NCBI GenBank assembly: GCA_045837725.1
Contig: JBEWZL010000098.1
Location: 62,001-126,000, forward strand
Direction: 5' to 3'
DNA: 64,000 nucleotides
DNA from: Vermamoeba vermiformis
Lineage: Eukaryota
Both the position numbers and the translations under genes were made by a program. Shown one piece after another: positions 52,311 through 64,000 of the stretch. The notes under the pieces are model-generated. The model was not told the DNA's origin, did no database searches, and saw only the letters and a list, made by a program, of their open reading frames with translations. The stretch's first letter is position 1. Each line of letters begins with the position of its first letter.

Positions 52311-53919
52311 ATGGAGAAGGGTCACGACAGTCAGTTTGTAGTGCTTGCGAAGGGCAACTGGACAATGAAAACAAGCTACGGTCATACTTTTAGAAATAAT
52401 GATATTAAGGGTACCGTTGATATTCAATTTGCTAAATTGTCTGGTCAATCGTTGGTAAGTAAGGAAACTTTTTTCAAAATAAATTTGTTTTTTTTTGATT
52501 ATTAAATAATCGACTCTAAATCATGATAAACGATTAGACAGATTATTGTGACTTACAAATATCATGACGATGATTTATTTTCTAATTGTTGGTGCATTTT
52601 TGAACTAAAGACCTTTTCAGGTTTCTATCGATAAATTGAAGCTGGATATATTCCCTGGCGTACCCGCTACATCAGCTCAATCGATTACCGTTCCTGATTT
52701 CCTTGGTGCAGGTATGATTATGACTTTGAAAACTGAGAACTGGATCTAATCCACTTCGCTAGTGACCGGCAACCGATTCTGTTTCGTTTATTCACCCGAA
52801 AAGACTCGCCGTCTCTTCGTTTTATATGAAATCGATGAAGCGAACAAGAAAGTCAGTGCCAAGACTCAATTTGTGATCGACGAGAAAGTCGCGCCCACTG
52901 CAATCATTGCGATCAAAGACAAAGTGTTCTTGGTGAGTCCTAGTCCTTATCATTAGTGATATCAGCACTACTCGGCAGTCACATTGATGTTAATCATATT
53001 GTTCAGGGCTTCCCAGGCCAAGTAGGCTATGTGGATCTGACTCAATCATCACTCTCGCTCAACTTGTTCCATAACTGGCACGAACAATCTTGGGGCAGTA
53101 ATACCCTAAAGACAAGTACACCATTCAATTTCAACAATTGACTCGCTAACTAATCATGTCTAGTTGATGCCTTTGCATTCGACTCAGCGTCATCTGACAG
53201 CGAGTTAATCGCTATTGACGACGTTGTCTGGCCCAAGTACGCGTTCACTTACAAGATCTCGAGCGCTGAGCCAAAGGTACGCTTAATAATCACGTGCTGT
53301 TTTTCGTTCATGAAAATTGACCTCTGGTTCACAGAATGTTGGCAAATTTGACCTGCCAACTGGAGCCAACGAGCATTATAAGAACGCTATCAAGCAGGAC
53401 AAAAGGATGGTTTTGACTGCCAAGTACGGTCATCGCGGTGGACAAGGCAACAGGATTGTTATTCTTGATGGCACTAAGCCATTGTGGAGCATTTCAGAAC
53501 ACGCGCCTTGGAGCCACCAAGAAGACGAACCTACTGATTTGTTTGTTGGTGAAAAGTTCACAGAGCACTCGTCTGTCGGTCTGTTGAACGGCAACGTGGT
53601 CTTAGTGACTGCTGGCGTAAGAGGTGTGATTGCTATTCCGATCGATCAGATCAAGCGCGAGAAGAAGATGATGTACGGACACAATTACGACGTGGACATG
53701 CCGCATGGCGTGAAGAACTTGCACGTGGGCACATCAGCAGCTGAAGTCGTGACGGTCAAACAAAAGTCAACGGCGTTCATTCTCGGTACAACAAGCGAGG
53801 GCGAAAAGAACAGCAGTGTGTTGAGTCAAGTCAAATGGAACGATAAGACAAATGATTTGGAAGTCATTTTGAGTCACAATATTGAAGGTGCTTATGAGCG
53901 CTTGTTCATGGAGGTCTGA
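52311..53919 (+). CDS. Hypothetical beta-strand-rich (possibly beta-propeller) protein
   Basis: Several spliced exons with coding-like composition and short alternating hydrophobic strands; no family recognised. Confidence 0.55.
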
Positions 53920-54182
53920 GAATGACACGTGACACTTGAAAGTTTCCAAGGACTTACGCTCTTCTAGACATCGAGGGTAGTGTAGTTAAGCCAATAAACA
54001 TTGTAAATGATCATAATAGGGCTTGCTATATAGTGCTTTTTGGGTGCTACATCGAAACGCAAAGATTGGCGTCATTTCACGCGAAAATCTTAGGAAGCGC
54101 ACCACGTAACTTACAAGTTACATAATTGCTTATTTTATTGATGTATATAACGCATTGAAAGTGTATGAAGAGCTAGCAAGTC

Positions 54183-56110
54183 ATGGAGGGACAATTGTTA
54201 CGAGGTAAGTAAAAGATCTATTTAACTTGTGCTTGATCCGCTCAAATAAATAATTACATAATCAATAATCAATATTAAATTAAAAGTACTATTTATATCG
54301 CTAATTAGTTCTTATGTCGGTTGTAGATCAAAATGGCTGGTTTCCTGCGGATTTGATGATCCACATTGCCAATTACGTGTGCGTGCGTACCGTTACAGCA
54401 ATGCTGTTAACAAGCAAATATTGGAACAAAATAATCAATCCTCTTGTGGAGCATCCAGCTGTAACAATCGTGTGTGGGCCGGACGAGAGTTTATTAACAA
54501 GGACTATGTATCATTTTCGCCGAGGACAAGGTAATATTCATCATTGACAATATTGTGCGAGTTAAAATCAACGCCAAATTAATTTTGAGCTGGATGTAGG
54601 ATATTACCTTTGGTCAAAAGACAAAGAAGACGGAGTTTATCCAAGAGAACGACGACAAGATAGCGAAGCTTTTATAGGCTATTTCAAGTCGCTAATAGAA
54701 ATGAGGAAATTTTTCGGAGACTTAAGAAACGCCGTAACAGAACCAAATCCAGACATCGCAGTAACAGAAGATAATCAGTTAACATACGATTATTGTGTTA
54801 TTATTGGCAATAGCGTTGAACACATGCAGTATTATGATTTGAAAGTACCTTTTGAAGCAGGTCCACTTGCAATTCTTACGGCAACAAAGCGTACCAAAAT
54901 AATAGAGAATTTATTGAGAGAATCAGGATTTATTAATGTGAGTCATTTCCATTCATCATATGAAGAGCATATGTCTATACAAATAAGGCACAAAATGAAG
55001 AAGTACAACCAAGGTCTCGAAATGACTATTTTAGCGGATGGAGATGTGATTTGTGGCATCAACGGCAAGGTGTTTCGCAGCTACCGCGTTAGAACATCTA
55101 AAAAATTATTTGAGAAATTAGTGGATATCGTTAAGTACAGCAAACACAAGCGCAAAATGGAAGATAAAGATGACGCATCTGATCAGCAAACAATTTATTC
55201 GTTTATTTTGAAGTATAAACCACCATTGAATGGCAGCGATATAATAGATAAGGATAACTCTGATGACAGCGATGAGGACAAAAAACCCTCGCTAGGTAAG
55301 CCAGATCCGGATCAGAATAGTTTTCATGAAAAACAAACATATTAGTTTAAATGACCCAATAGCATTAGAATAATAACGATTCGTCTATAATAGGCATATA
55401 AAGATACTAATCGATTATTGAATTGTTATTTAATCAATACTAACTGTTTTTTGTTTTAAGCAGGGTACTACATCCAACATAAGGTTCGACGAAACTTAAA
55501 TACAAATAGATCTGCTATTGAAACAAATGGATACAAGACTGGAGCACTAGAAAAAATCGTTAAATTACTGGAAGACGCGTTATTTAATCCGAAATTAAAA
55601 GGACCAACGCTGATCAAAGAAAAACGCGTCATTTTGCCACCACAATCAAAAGGGTAAGTAATTAAATCTAAGATATTGTATCGCATATATCGCTAATACC
55701 CATATTTCCGGCTAGGAACGCGTTATTCGACTCCGTTAGGTTCGATCCGAAATTGCGATCTGTTGGAATTTCAAATATTTTTGCAATCGAAATGAAGATT
55801 GAAGAGTATAAGCTAAATCGAACGGATAAGTATATTATGGCAGTTCCTGGTAGCACTTCATTAGCGGATTTGAAAGCAACACTTGAAATTTTTCTGCCGC
55901 GTTGAAGATGTGCTGCTCGTGTCAGATCAAGAAAAGAAAATTAAAGATATCAAGCATGCGCTTAATAGCCGATATAGAATAACGTCAGTGAAGATATATA
56001 CGTATAGTCCAATGCCTATAGTTGAGATTCCAAAGGCAGTTTTGGATCTAATCGCAGATCAAGCGTTAAAAGTATTTCCGTTGCTGAATAGCACCGAAAA
56101 TGCTGAATAA
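54183..56110 (+). CDS. Hypothetical protein with F-box-like N-terminus
   Basis: MEGQLLR|DQNGWFPADLMIHIANYVCVRTVTAMLLTSKYWNKII, continuing through exons to ...LLNSTENAE*. Confidence 0.55.
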
Positions 56111-56340
56111 AAGAATAATTGGTCGTATTTATCCAATTTTGACCAAGTTTGACCAATCTCCGATGGTTAATCAGGATCGGATTTTAGAATTTACTGGATC
56201 TGTTAACCGGCGTTCCTGCTCATTAAATTTGTTCTTTTATGATAAAATTGTATAAAATTTTGTAGCTAGGTTGACAATACGCAAGTCCTCTGCAAAGATT
56301 TACAACTAGTGCATTTATGTCGCAGATACGTTTATTGAAT

Positions 56341-59300
56341 TTAAAACTTCTTGAACATAGCCTCCTTGGTGTAACGAGCATTATCACCGAAGTTATTCAA
56401 GTTCGGCAACACGCTTTGCATCTGATCTTCTGGAACGCCAAACCATTCCGAGATGCCTTGCCACAAGCCTTCAAACGGTGTTGTAGGCACGACACGACCA
56501 CGGGAGAGAATGAATTCACCATCATCGCTCAGCACATCTGGATACTTGCCGAGGATTTGGCCTCCCTTGACACTACCGCCAGCAACCCAGTAATTGCCAC
56601 CCCAAGCGTGATCTGTGCCTCGACCGTTGCTGGTCAAAGTACGAGCAAAATCAGAGACAGAGATGACCACAACGTCATCCCACTTGCCTTGCGCCTTCAA
56701 CTCCGTGGCAAGTGTGCCGAGAGCGGTGTCGATAGGGGACAGCAGAGGCTTCAAGTCGAATGTGGCGTGAGTGTCAAAGCCTGAAGTCCACGTGTAGAAC
56801 ATGGCACGCTCAACGCCGTTGTCAGGCAAAAGCTTGATCAGCTTGGCAACTTGTTGCATTTGCAAGTCCATAAAGCTCGTGCCGAAAGTGGTCTGCAGCG
56901 TTGTGTTGCTGAGCAGAGCACCAAGAGCTTCAGTCTTATTCAATGCATAGTGCATACCATCAGCATACGTGTCGCTGAATACGGACTCGGTGGTGTACTG
57001 AGTGATTTCTTGGAGAGCGTGGCCGATCTTGTTCAAGCCACGGATACGAATAAAACCAGCAGTCGGTGAAACGTAGTCAGCGGCGATTGGACCTTGTACC
57101 ATCTTGACAAGGCCACCGAGACTGAACATACCAGATGCGTAAGGTGGATTGTTTTGCAAGAGAGCTGCGGTCATGCGACCCAAGACACCGTTGGCAGACG
57201 ACAGTTGTGCGTAGACATTTTGCACGTTGCGTTGCATGATGTTGTGTGCGAACAACGAAGGAGGCAAACGAGCACTGTTCATTTGAGACTTGTTAGCCAA
57301 AGGCTCCACTAATGCACCCACATTCGCTGCAAAGAGCGCGTCACCATCGTTGTAGAGTTGTTGAAGCATTGGCATGGCATAGTGCACGCCAAAGGTGTTG
57401 CAAGGCTGAGTGCCAGCAGGGACGTTAATGGGCAACAGATTCGTTTTGTTCAAAGCCGCGTCAGTGCGCACATTGACGTACTCGGCGTACATGTCCTTAT
57501 TGGGACAGTTGGAGTGAGGCACGAGGACGCTGAAGCTATCACAGCCTCCCATCTCGTTAACAACAATAATGGCTCTGAATCGACGACCTTGCGATGGCAC
57601 GATCTTGCTTGATGTTCGCAGATCAGTAGTAACGTTGTTGAAGTTCGTGGCTTGGTATTCAGCGCTGATAGCGAAAAGCTTCAGTAAGTGACGCAAAGAC
57701 TGGGGTGCCATTGAACTGTTGGTGAGCATGTTGTTGTACTCGGAGATGAACAGATCGCGAGTTTGTGAGTTCAAACGACCACCAAGGAGCAGCATGTTGA
57801 GCTCGTCAACAATATCTTCGGTCACACCGCTATCAGGAGGTGCGTAAGCGAGAACACCATCAGCAGTGGGGTGAGGTCCTGAGGCAACGCAAGTACGAGG
57901 GCCCCAGTTCTGAGGCATGCCTAGACCGCCGTCACAGGAAGTGAGACCGTTGTCGACCAACGAAGTAACACCGTTCAAGAATCCAACCAAGTTAGGTGTA
58001 GTAGCCAGTTGGGTCTGAGGGGAGACAATGCCAGCATTACCAATAATGCCATCGGGTCTGTACTCGGGAAGATAGAAGCCAAACACAGTGGGTGCAGTGA
58101 ACGGTTGCACACCAAACACTTGATCTGTGTTCCAAAAGGCAACTTCACGACCTTTAGCCGACGTGTACTCGAGACTTCTCATGAATTGATAGAGCTTCAC
58201 CAAGGGGTCCTTCAACATGCCGTATGTACGATCGACTTCCACGATGGGTGAGCGGGCCTCTTGGTCAACCAAGATCGCGTACACGGCTGCTCCCAAGTCA
58301 CCGTACTTGCCAGAGAAGTTGATGTCGTTGTAAGTACCAGTGCGGAATGCATTGACCACGCTCTTCATGTAACGAGGGGAAGGATTAGATGTGACCATTT
58401 GTTGAATGAGACGGTAAGTGACAAAGACCGCAGTGTTGTCGTGCTCGAACAAATGCTCCAACAAGGCATCAACTTCGTTTTCAGCTCTGCGGATCCACAA
58501 GTTATCCGAATTCCACGGTTGACCCGCATCGCTAAGCTCACCAATGAGAGGTGAGAAATTGGGAGGGTTGCGGAAAGAGAAGGAATTGCTGACGCTGACT
58601 GTGGAGACCTTGTTCATCAAGTATCGAACTCGGCCACCAAGACGGAAAGCGGGCAACTGGAAGATCGTTCGCTCGCCCAAGCCACCGTTGTCGTCCTTAT
58701 GAAGCCAAACAACAACGTTGTTCAAGCGAGTGCATTCAGAGCTGCTGCAAGTGGTGTACGCACCATCATCGTAGACAGAGGGCTGTACTGAACCAATGAA
58801 GGCCTTTTGGGCAATTGCGTTGACGGCATCATTAGCATCGATGCTGTTCAGATCGGAAAGCTGTCCAAAGATGGTAGAGGTAGTAACCGTGATGTTGCAC
58901 GTGCAAGAGCCAGCACCATCAGGAGTAGCTTGGAACGTGCATCCTTGAGGACAACTACTAGTACCAGCGACAGTAGGGAAAGCACCGTTGTCCCAACGTA
59001 CGCGGAAGATGTTGTTTGAGCTAGGATTGAGGATGTTGTAGACCCTGGTACTCGGATCAATAATGCCGATTTGGCCTGTTTGGTAGACTTGGATTTGCAC
59101 GGAGCAGGATGTGTTGGTCCAAGCGTAAACATCGGCAGCGCAAGTATTTAACCAGTTAGTGGCTGTGCCGACCTTGAGAGGAGCCGTGCACATGCCAAGA
59201 CCGAGATTAGCACAACGCTGTTGATTGGTCGCGTAGTCGGTCACTTCGTTAGCGAACAAACACTCTGATTGGGCCTTTGCTACGACAATGCCAGTCGTGG

Positions 59301-62300
59301 TGTTGCAGCACATAGGATAGCCAACACGAGTAGCAGGATTAGCGCACTGAGCGCGGTTAGAAGCGCGAACAGTAGTTTGACCATTGCTGAAGAGGGTCAA
59401 TCGTACACAGGGAGGGGCAATGTATGAGTAGTATCTCGTGAGATTTGCCACTGGATCAATAATCTTGACGCTGATAACACGTTGTGCGTTGCACTCTTGA
59501 GTTCCAGTACAAGCAAGGTTGGATGAAAGGGTGACAACGAGAGGGAACGTGCAAGCACCACCGCTAGTCGAAGGGGCGCAAAGTGCTTGGTAGAGCGCAG
59601 AAGAAGTTGGTGGAGTGAAACGGCCACGCAAACCAGAGGTAGTGTTAACTTCTTGGTCGATGATATCACCTTCGACGGAGTAGGTGCCAGTGTATTCATA
59701 ACGAGCACCTTGGCGCAAGAAAGCTTGAGCAGGCATGTCGTCGCACAGAGGGTAAGTGTCACCGAGATAACCAGAATCGAGCTTGGCCTTTGGGAATCGA
59801 TCGTGCCACGAAGACTTCATTTGCATTGGATCGACCAAGTTCGGAGTTGCACCAAATTGAAAGATGGAGGCAAGATTGCTGCGGATAGCTTGACGATCGA
59901 AGCCGGTCCAGACACGAGCAAAATCAACGATGTCGTCGTTGGTATAAGTGGCAATGGGATTGCCAGTAGAGTCCAACTTCTGAGTGTAGTCATCGTTAAG
60001 CTGCCACAAGCCAATGCTAAAAAGTTGCATGACTTCTCGGGCGTAGTTTTCATCCGGGTAAGTGCTGTAAACGGCATAAGCTTGGTTTTGCAGATAGGTC
60101 AAATAAATGCCCATCAAAGGGTGATGGGACACTTCGCGAAGAATGTCGAGATAGCTGCCAAACGCGTTGCGAGTAAAAATGTCGTAGAAAATAGCCCAAG
60201 CGTCGATGTACTGTGCTTGCAGGGTGTCTTGGGAGGCTATAACGATCATGTTGGCTAAAGACCAAGCAACGCGTTGCCGAAGTTGATCTTGGGACTTCAT
60301 TGCGAGATTTTCGATTAGAGGAACTTGATCATAATTGCTCGGCATGGGCCATTCCAGGGCGTCATTAGAAGTACCAGCGGTGGTGGAAGAATTGAAGTTC
60401 CATACATTGTAGTGGTATCCAAGCTCCGGGAAATTTTCAGTCTCTCCTGGAGATCCGCAAGCAATGAAAAGTTCAGTACCCGGAGCAATGCGCAAGGCAC
60501 CAACGATAGTAGCAATTTCTTCGGTCTGCAAATCAGAGCTGATGGAGAGGAAATCGACTTGATCTCCGTAACGGCCAACTGCAGGGAAGTAGCTGAGACG
60601 GTCGTGGAAACGGCTCATTGGGTGAGAAGTCGGGAATGGAAGATTGGTCGAACCGGATTCGGCCCACTTTGCAATTGGATTGGGGCTATTACATTACACG
60701 GTTAATACCTCTGCTACTACCAACAATCAATGATTGAGGTACTTACTTTCCACCAGCCATTGCATCAGCATTACCGTCGTGGTCAACGACCCAAAGAGTG
60801 AAATCACGAACGCTGTAGAGATCGGGATGGACGTGTTGAAAGCACTCTCCGCCTGCAGCGACTTGTGCTCCGATGGTTGCATTGACGGGTGAGCAATTAG
60901 CACCGGTCAAGGTAATATCACGAACATAAGGGTTGGTGTCAGAAGAAGCGGTGAGAGCGGCAACAATGGTCGCCTGAGTCGTCGTGTCCAAGGCAGTGGG
61001 GGAAGGGCAAGCTCCTTTGCCGATTCGTTGCCAACGAGAAGTACCACTAGAACAAGGTGAAATGTTGTATGGATCTTCGAGTCTCAACTGCGTGACATAG
61101 TAGACGTATCGGCTAGACTTGGTGTACCAAGAGCGAAGAATTGAATCGTTGAGAGTAAAAGTGGCCGACTTGAACGACACTTCGCCGTTGCAAGTTGATC
61201 TTCGGACGCATTGATCGCGGTTGTTGAAGACCTCTGGGACTACTGGACATTGACCAGCCAATGCTGAGTCAACAACGGAGGGATCATCGGGTGTGTTGTG
61301 GTACAGCTTGATGCGAGGGTCAAACACGTACGTAGCATTTCCTTGACTGATGTAGTAGTGTCCAGCACCATCTGAAGCTCCAGAACAGGAAACAGCTCGA
61401 GACTTGAGAATAACAGCGCCAACAGAGCCGACGACAGGCACGAGCAAAGCATCGTTGGGGCCAAGGGCTTGAACGGCACTAGTGGGCACGTAGTTGATTG
61501 CAGGGTTGGTCCAGAACAGGTTGCAAACAGTCTGGTTTGTCAAAGTCATAGACATAGCTCCGCCGAGTTGTTCGATCAAAGTACAGATGCGCAAGTTGAG
61601 AGGGAAGGTGTAGCCGGTGCCTGGGTACGGCTTGCCGAGGAAGGTGGTGACTTCACCGCGCACGACGTTGTTCACTGAAACAACGAACCGCTGGTTGGCA
61701 GTGTTCAGTGAAATCTGGATGGTGCCTTGAGTTCGGTCACGCGAGTCGAACAAGAAGAGGCGCCAGCGCGTGTTGAGGTCACAGGGCTGTGTCACAGGAA
61801 ACACGTCAAAAGTGCCAGGGCGAGCATTGGCCCGGGCACGATAGTAACTGCGTGCGAGTGTTGGAGTAATTCTCATTTGATCTTGAACCCACAAACCGAC
61901 GTCGTCGCCATAAGTGCTAGCAAACTTCAACAAGTCAGCCTTGGGTGCACCGAAACCTGCTTGCATGTAGAGACGGGCTGCAAGGTGCATTGTGGTTAAG
62001 TCCTTGAGCTGCTGAGGCACGTCCACAGAGTAGGTCACGTAATCACCATTGGCATTCATAGTGCATTGATTTTGATCGTTGCACTCGATATCTGCGGGTG
62101 CGTTGTCGAGATCCGGTTCAGCCTCCCAAACATTGCCATCGTAACTTCGAGCAATAATGACAGGACTGCCATCAGGGCGGGTCACACCTACGCGCTTAGC
62201 AAAGAGGAACTCTCCTTTGCTACTTTGTGGAAGATACGCTAATAATGACAAGTGTCAGTTTTGAAACGGAATTAGGATCGAATTGCAATCAATTCGACTA

Positions 62301-62455
62301 TTTAACTGCGTACTAACTTGCGGGGCAGGGTTATCACCTTGTTTAGGCAATTGAGTCAGCAAAACTCCGAGGAGGATGGCAGCCGCAGCAGCAACGAAAG
62401 CAGCGGCACAAACGATGATAATAATTCTCTTCTTCCGAGAAATTTGTTTGCCCAT
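56341..62455 (-). CDS. Type II membrane-anchored DUF1800-DUF1501 fusion protein (about 2000 aa)
   Basis: N-terminal TM RKKRIIIIVCAAAFVAAAAAILLGVLL. DUF1800: AARLYMQAGFG, QLRQRVAWSL, RNAFGSY, PDENYAREVMQLFSIGL, LVTSNPSPRY-like QMVTSNPSPRY. DUF1501: GGCDSFSVLVP, ANVGALVEP, LFAHN, GFDTH, SDFARTLTSNGRGTDHAWGG. Confidence 0.9.
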
Positions 62456-63450
62456 GGTGCACTGTCTCGCGTGGAGTTGAGCTACGAAATGAAGTTGATT
62501 ACTAATTTGTTCGCACCCGAATTTATGGCCACAAGATTCGGCTGCCCGCTAGTTTATTTACCCGAATTGTGAGTCAAAGCAAATCACATGTGATTCAGTT
62601 CGAGTCCCGTTTGGTAAACATTAGAAATGGCACGTGTGTTCGTAGGCAAACATTTGACGTTTAGCAATAACAATGCAACCACATAAACTCGATAGGTCCT
62701 ATTTTAATGGTGTTAGGTATCGTGGATTTGTGGCGTTGATTCCATTTTAAAAATAGCTGCTTAGGAAACCGGTTCTGCTTGGCGTACCTTACACTTAATA
62801 GGGATTTGTACCAAATAAACAGAAATTGCCGAGCAATTGGACCTATTTATAACAGCTATAATTAACAATTTAATATTACAATTTAAGAAGAACCTGCGCG
62901 AGTCAAATTCGGATTTGTTTGGATATTTGACACTTTCTTTTTAGTTTTAAAGATAAAATAAAATAAAATAAGGAAAATATTCAAGTGTGCTACCGTTAAT
63001 GCTTATGATTAAGAAAATTAATTTTTACGTTGGTTCCGAATATAAATATTTTACCTGATCTTTTTCAGCCTTCCCACTCGCAAGTGCTACCCATTACCGA
63101 ATTAACACCGCAACGCCTTCCACACATTTGCTGGTTTGTAATTTTACAAGTCGAATATTTATGATTGTTGGTGTTCCTTTTGAAAAGTCAAAAATAATAC
63201 GCTGCTCGCAGTAGGAACTTTCAATCAGAATCCGCTGGCCACGTCGCTAATAGGTGTATCCGGACGTACACCACTATATTAATGATACACTTGATGGTAT
63301 TTATAGCGCCTGCCAATCATCGGGTAATATATCAAAACGTGACATGTATCAAGTAGCTCGTTATCATTATTATTGTGATAGCGACGCCACTATATTAGCG
63401 TTTACGATGCTATTTTTTTAATTACCATACATAGTAACTAACTGTTCTAA

Positions 63451-64000
63451 CTAACAAACAAAAACTGAAACCAAGGCAACGAGGCACTTGACAAAAAATC
63501 CAATACTAACTGCGCAACTCGACGACACTAAGTTAGATTTCGGAGAGTCAGAGGCGCTTGGACTGGAATTCGGACCGTTTTGACTAGCGGGACAGTTCTC
63601 AACAGAGGGTCCGCTTTCACTAACGGGACTGTTGCCATCATCATAAGTGTTTTGACCGCTCGGTCCAGCAGTGGTAGGTTGACTGACAGGAATAGCCGTA
63701 CATCCGTTCGGACCAACGCCATCGCCAGTATAACCGTTATTACAGGTGCACGTGAAGCTTAATCCATTCTGCGATTGGCACTCAGCATTGGGACTGCAAG
63801 GGTTGTTCTTGCACAGGTCGATCACTGCGAATATAAGGGTTAGTATCTCGAACAATTCCTCACAAATTCGAAGGTGGAATCGAATCTAAAACGCTTACAA
63901 CTGCATCCTTGGCCATTAATCTCTGCTTCTCTCTCGTCGCCGTTAGGGCACGTGCAATTATAACCAGGCTCATTGTTCGCGCAAGAGGCTTCAGGAACGC
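63451..64000 (-). CDS. EGF-like domain cell-surface protein, 3' part, probable GPI-anchor signal
   Basis: CANNEPGYNCTCPNG...; DLCKNNPCSPNAECQSQNGLSFTCTCNNGYTGDG; Ser/Pro-rich stalk; hydrophobic C-terminus. Confidence 0.8.

Noticed and set aside
56341-62455. Bacterial contamination as the source of the DUF1800/DUF1501 sequence
   Set aside because: The gene has spliceosomal introns (about 60686-60745 and near 62250-62317), a eukaryotic signal-anchor and host-like codon usage.
62598-62608. GTTCGAGTCCC, resembling a tRNA T-loop/B box
   Set aside because: No cloverleaf, acceptor stem or A box could be built around it.
1-64000. Prokaryotic, phage or CRISPR/defence-island interpretation; alternative genetic code
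   Set aside because: Fragmented ORFs are joined by canonical GT-AG introns under the standard code. No repeat-spacer array, integrase or transposase was seen.

Overview
This is gene-dense, intron-rich eukaryotic DNA with short GT-AG introns (many about 50-60 nt, with CTAAY branch points). It is probably from an amoeboid protist (Amoebozoa-like), which is an inference from gene content only. About 24 spliced protein-coding genes could be reconstructed by eye; exon boundaries and some starts are approximate. Housekeeping genes: two TM9/nonaspanin genes, RPL10, exocyst Sec6, a TPT-family transporter, mitochondrial ATP synthase gamma, uL13m, a Coa1/Tim21-like protein and a Dcp2-like decapping enzyme. 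Four architectures are more unusual. (1) Two tandem integrin-beta/Sib-like type I receptors with DUF4114, a degenerate-MIDAS vWA/beta-I domain, bacterial-type cadherin-like repeats, a Gly/Ala-rich TM and two NPxY motifs. (2) A macrodomain-TKL kinase-tandem V4R sensor fusion. (3) A CCCH-DEAH helicase-RBR ligase whose helicase motifs are degenerate. (4) A membrane-anchored DUF1800-DUF1501 fusion. No rRNA, tRNA, CRISPR array or clear transposon was seen.
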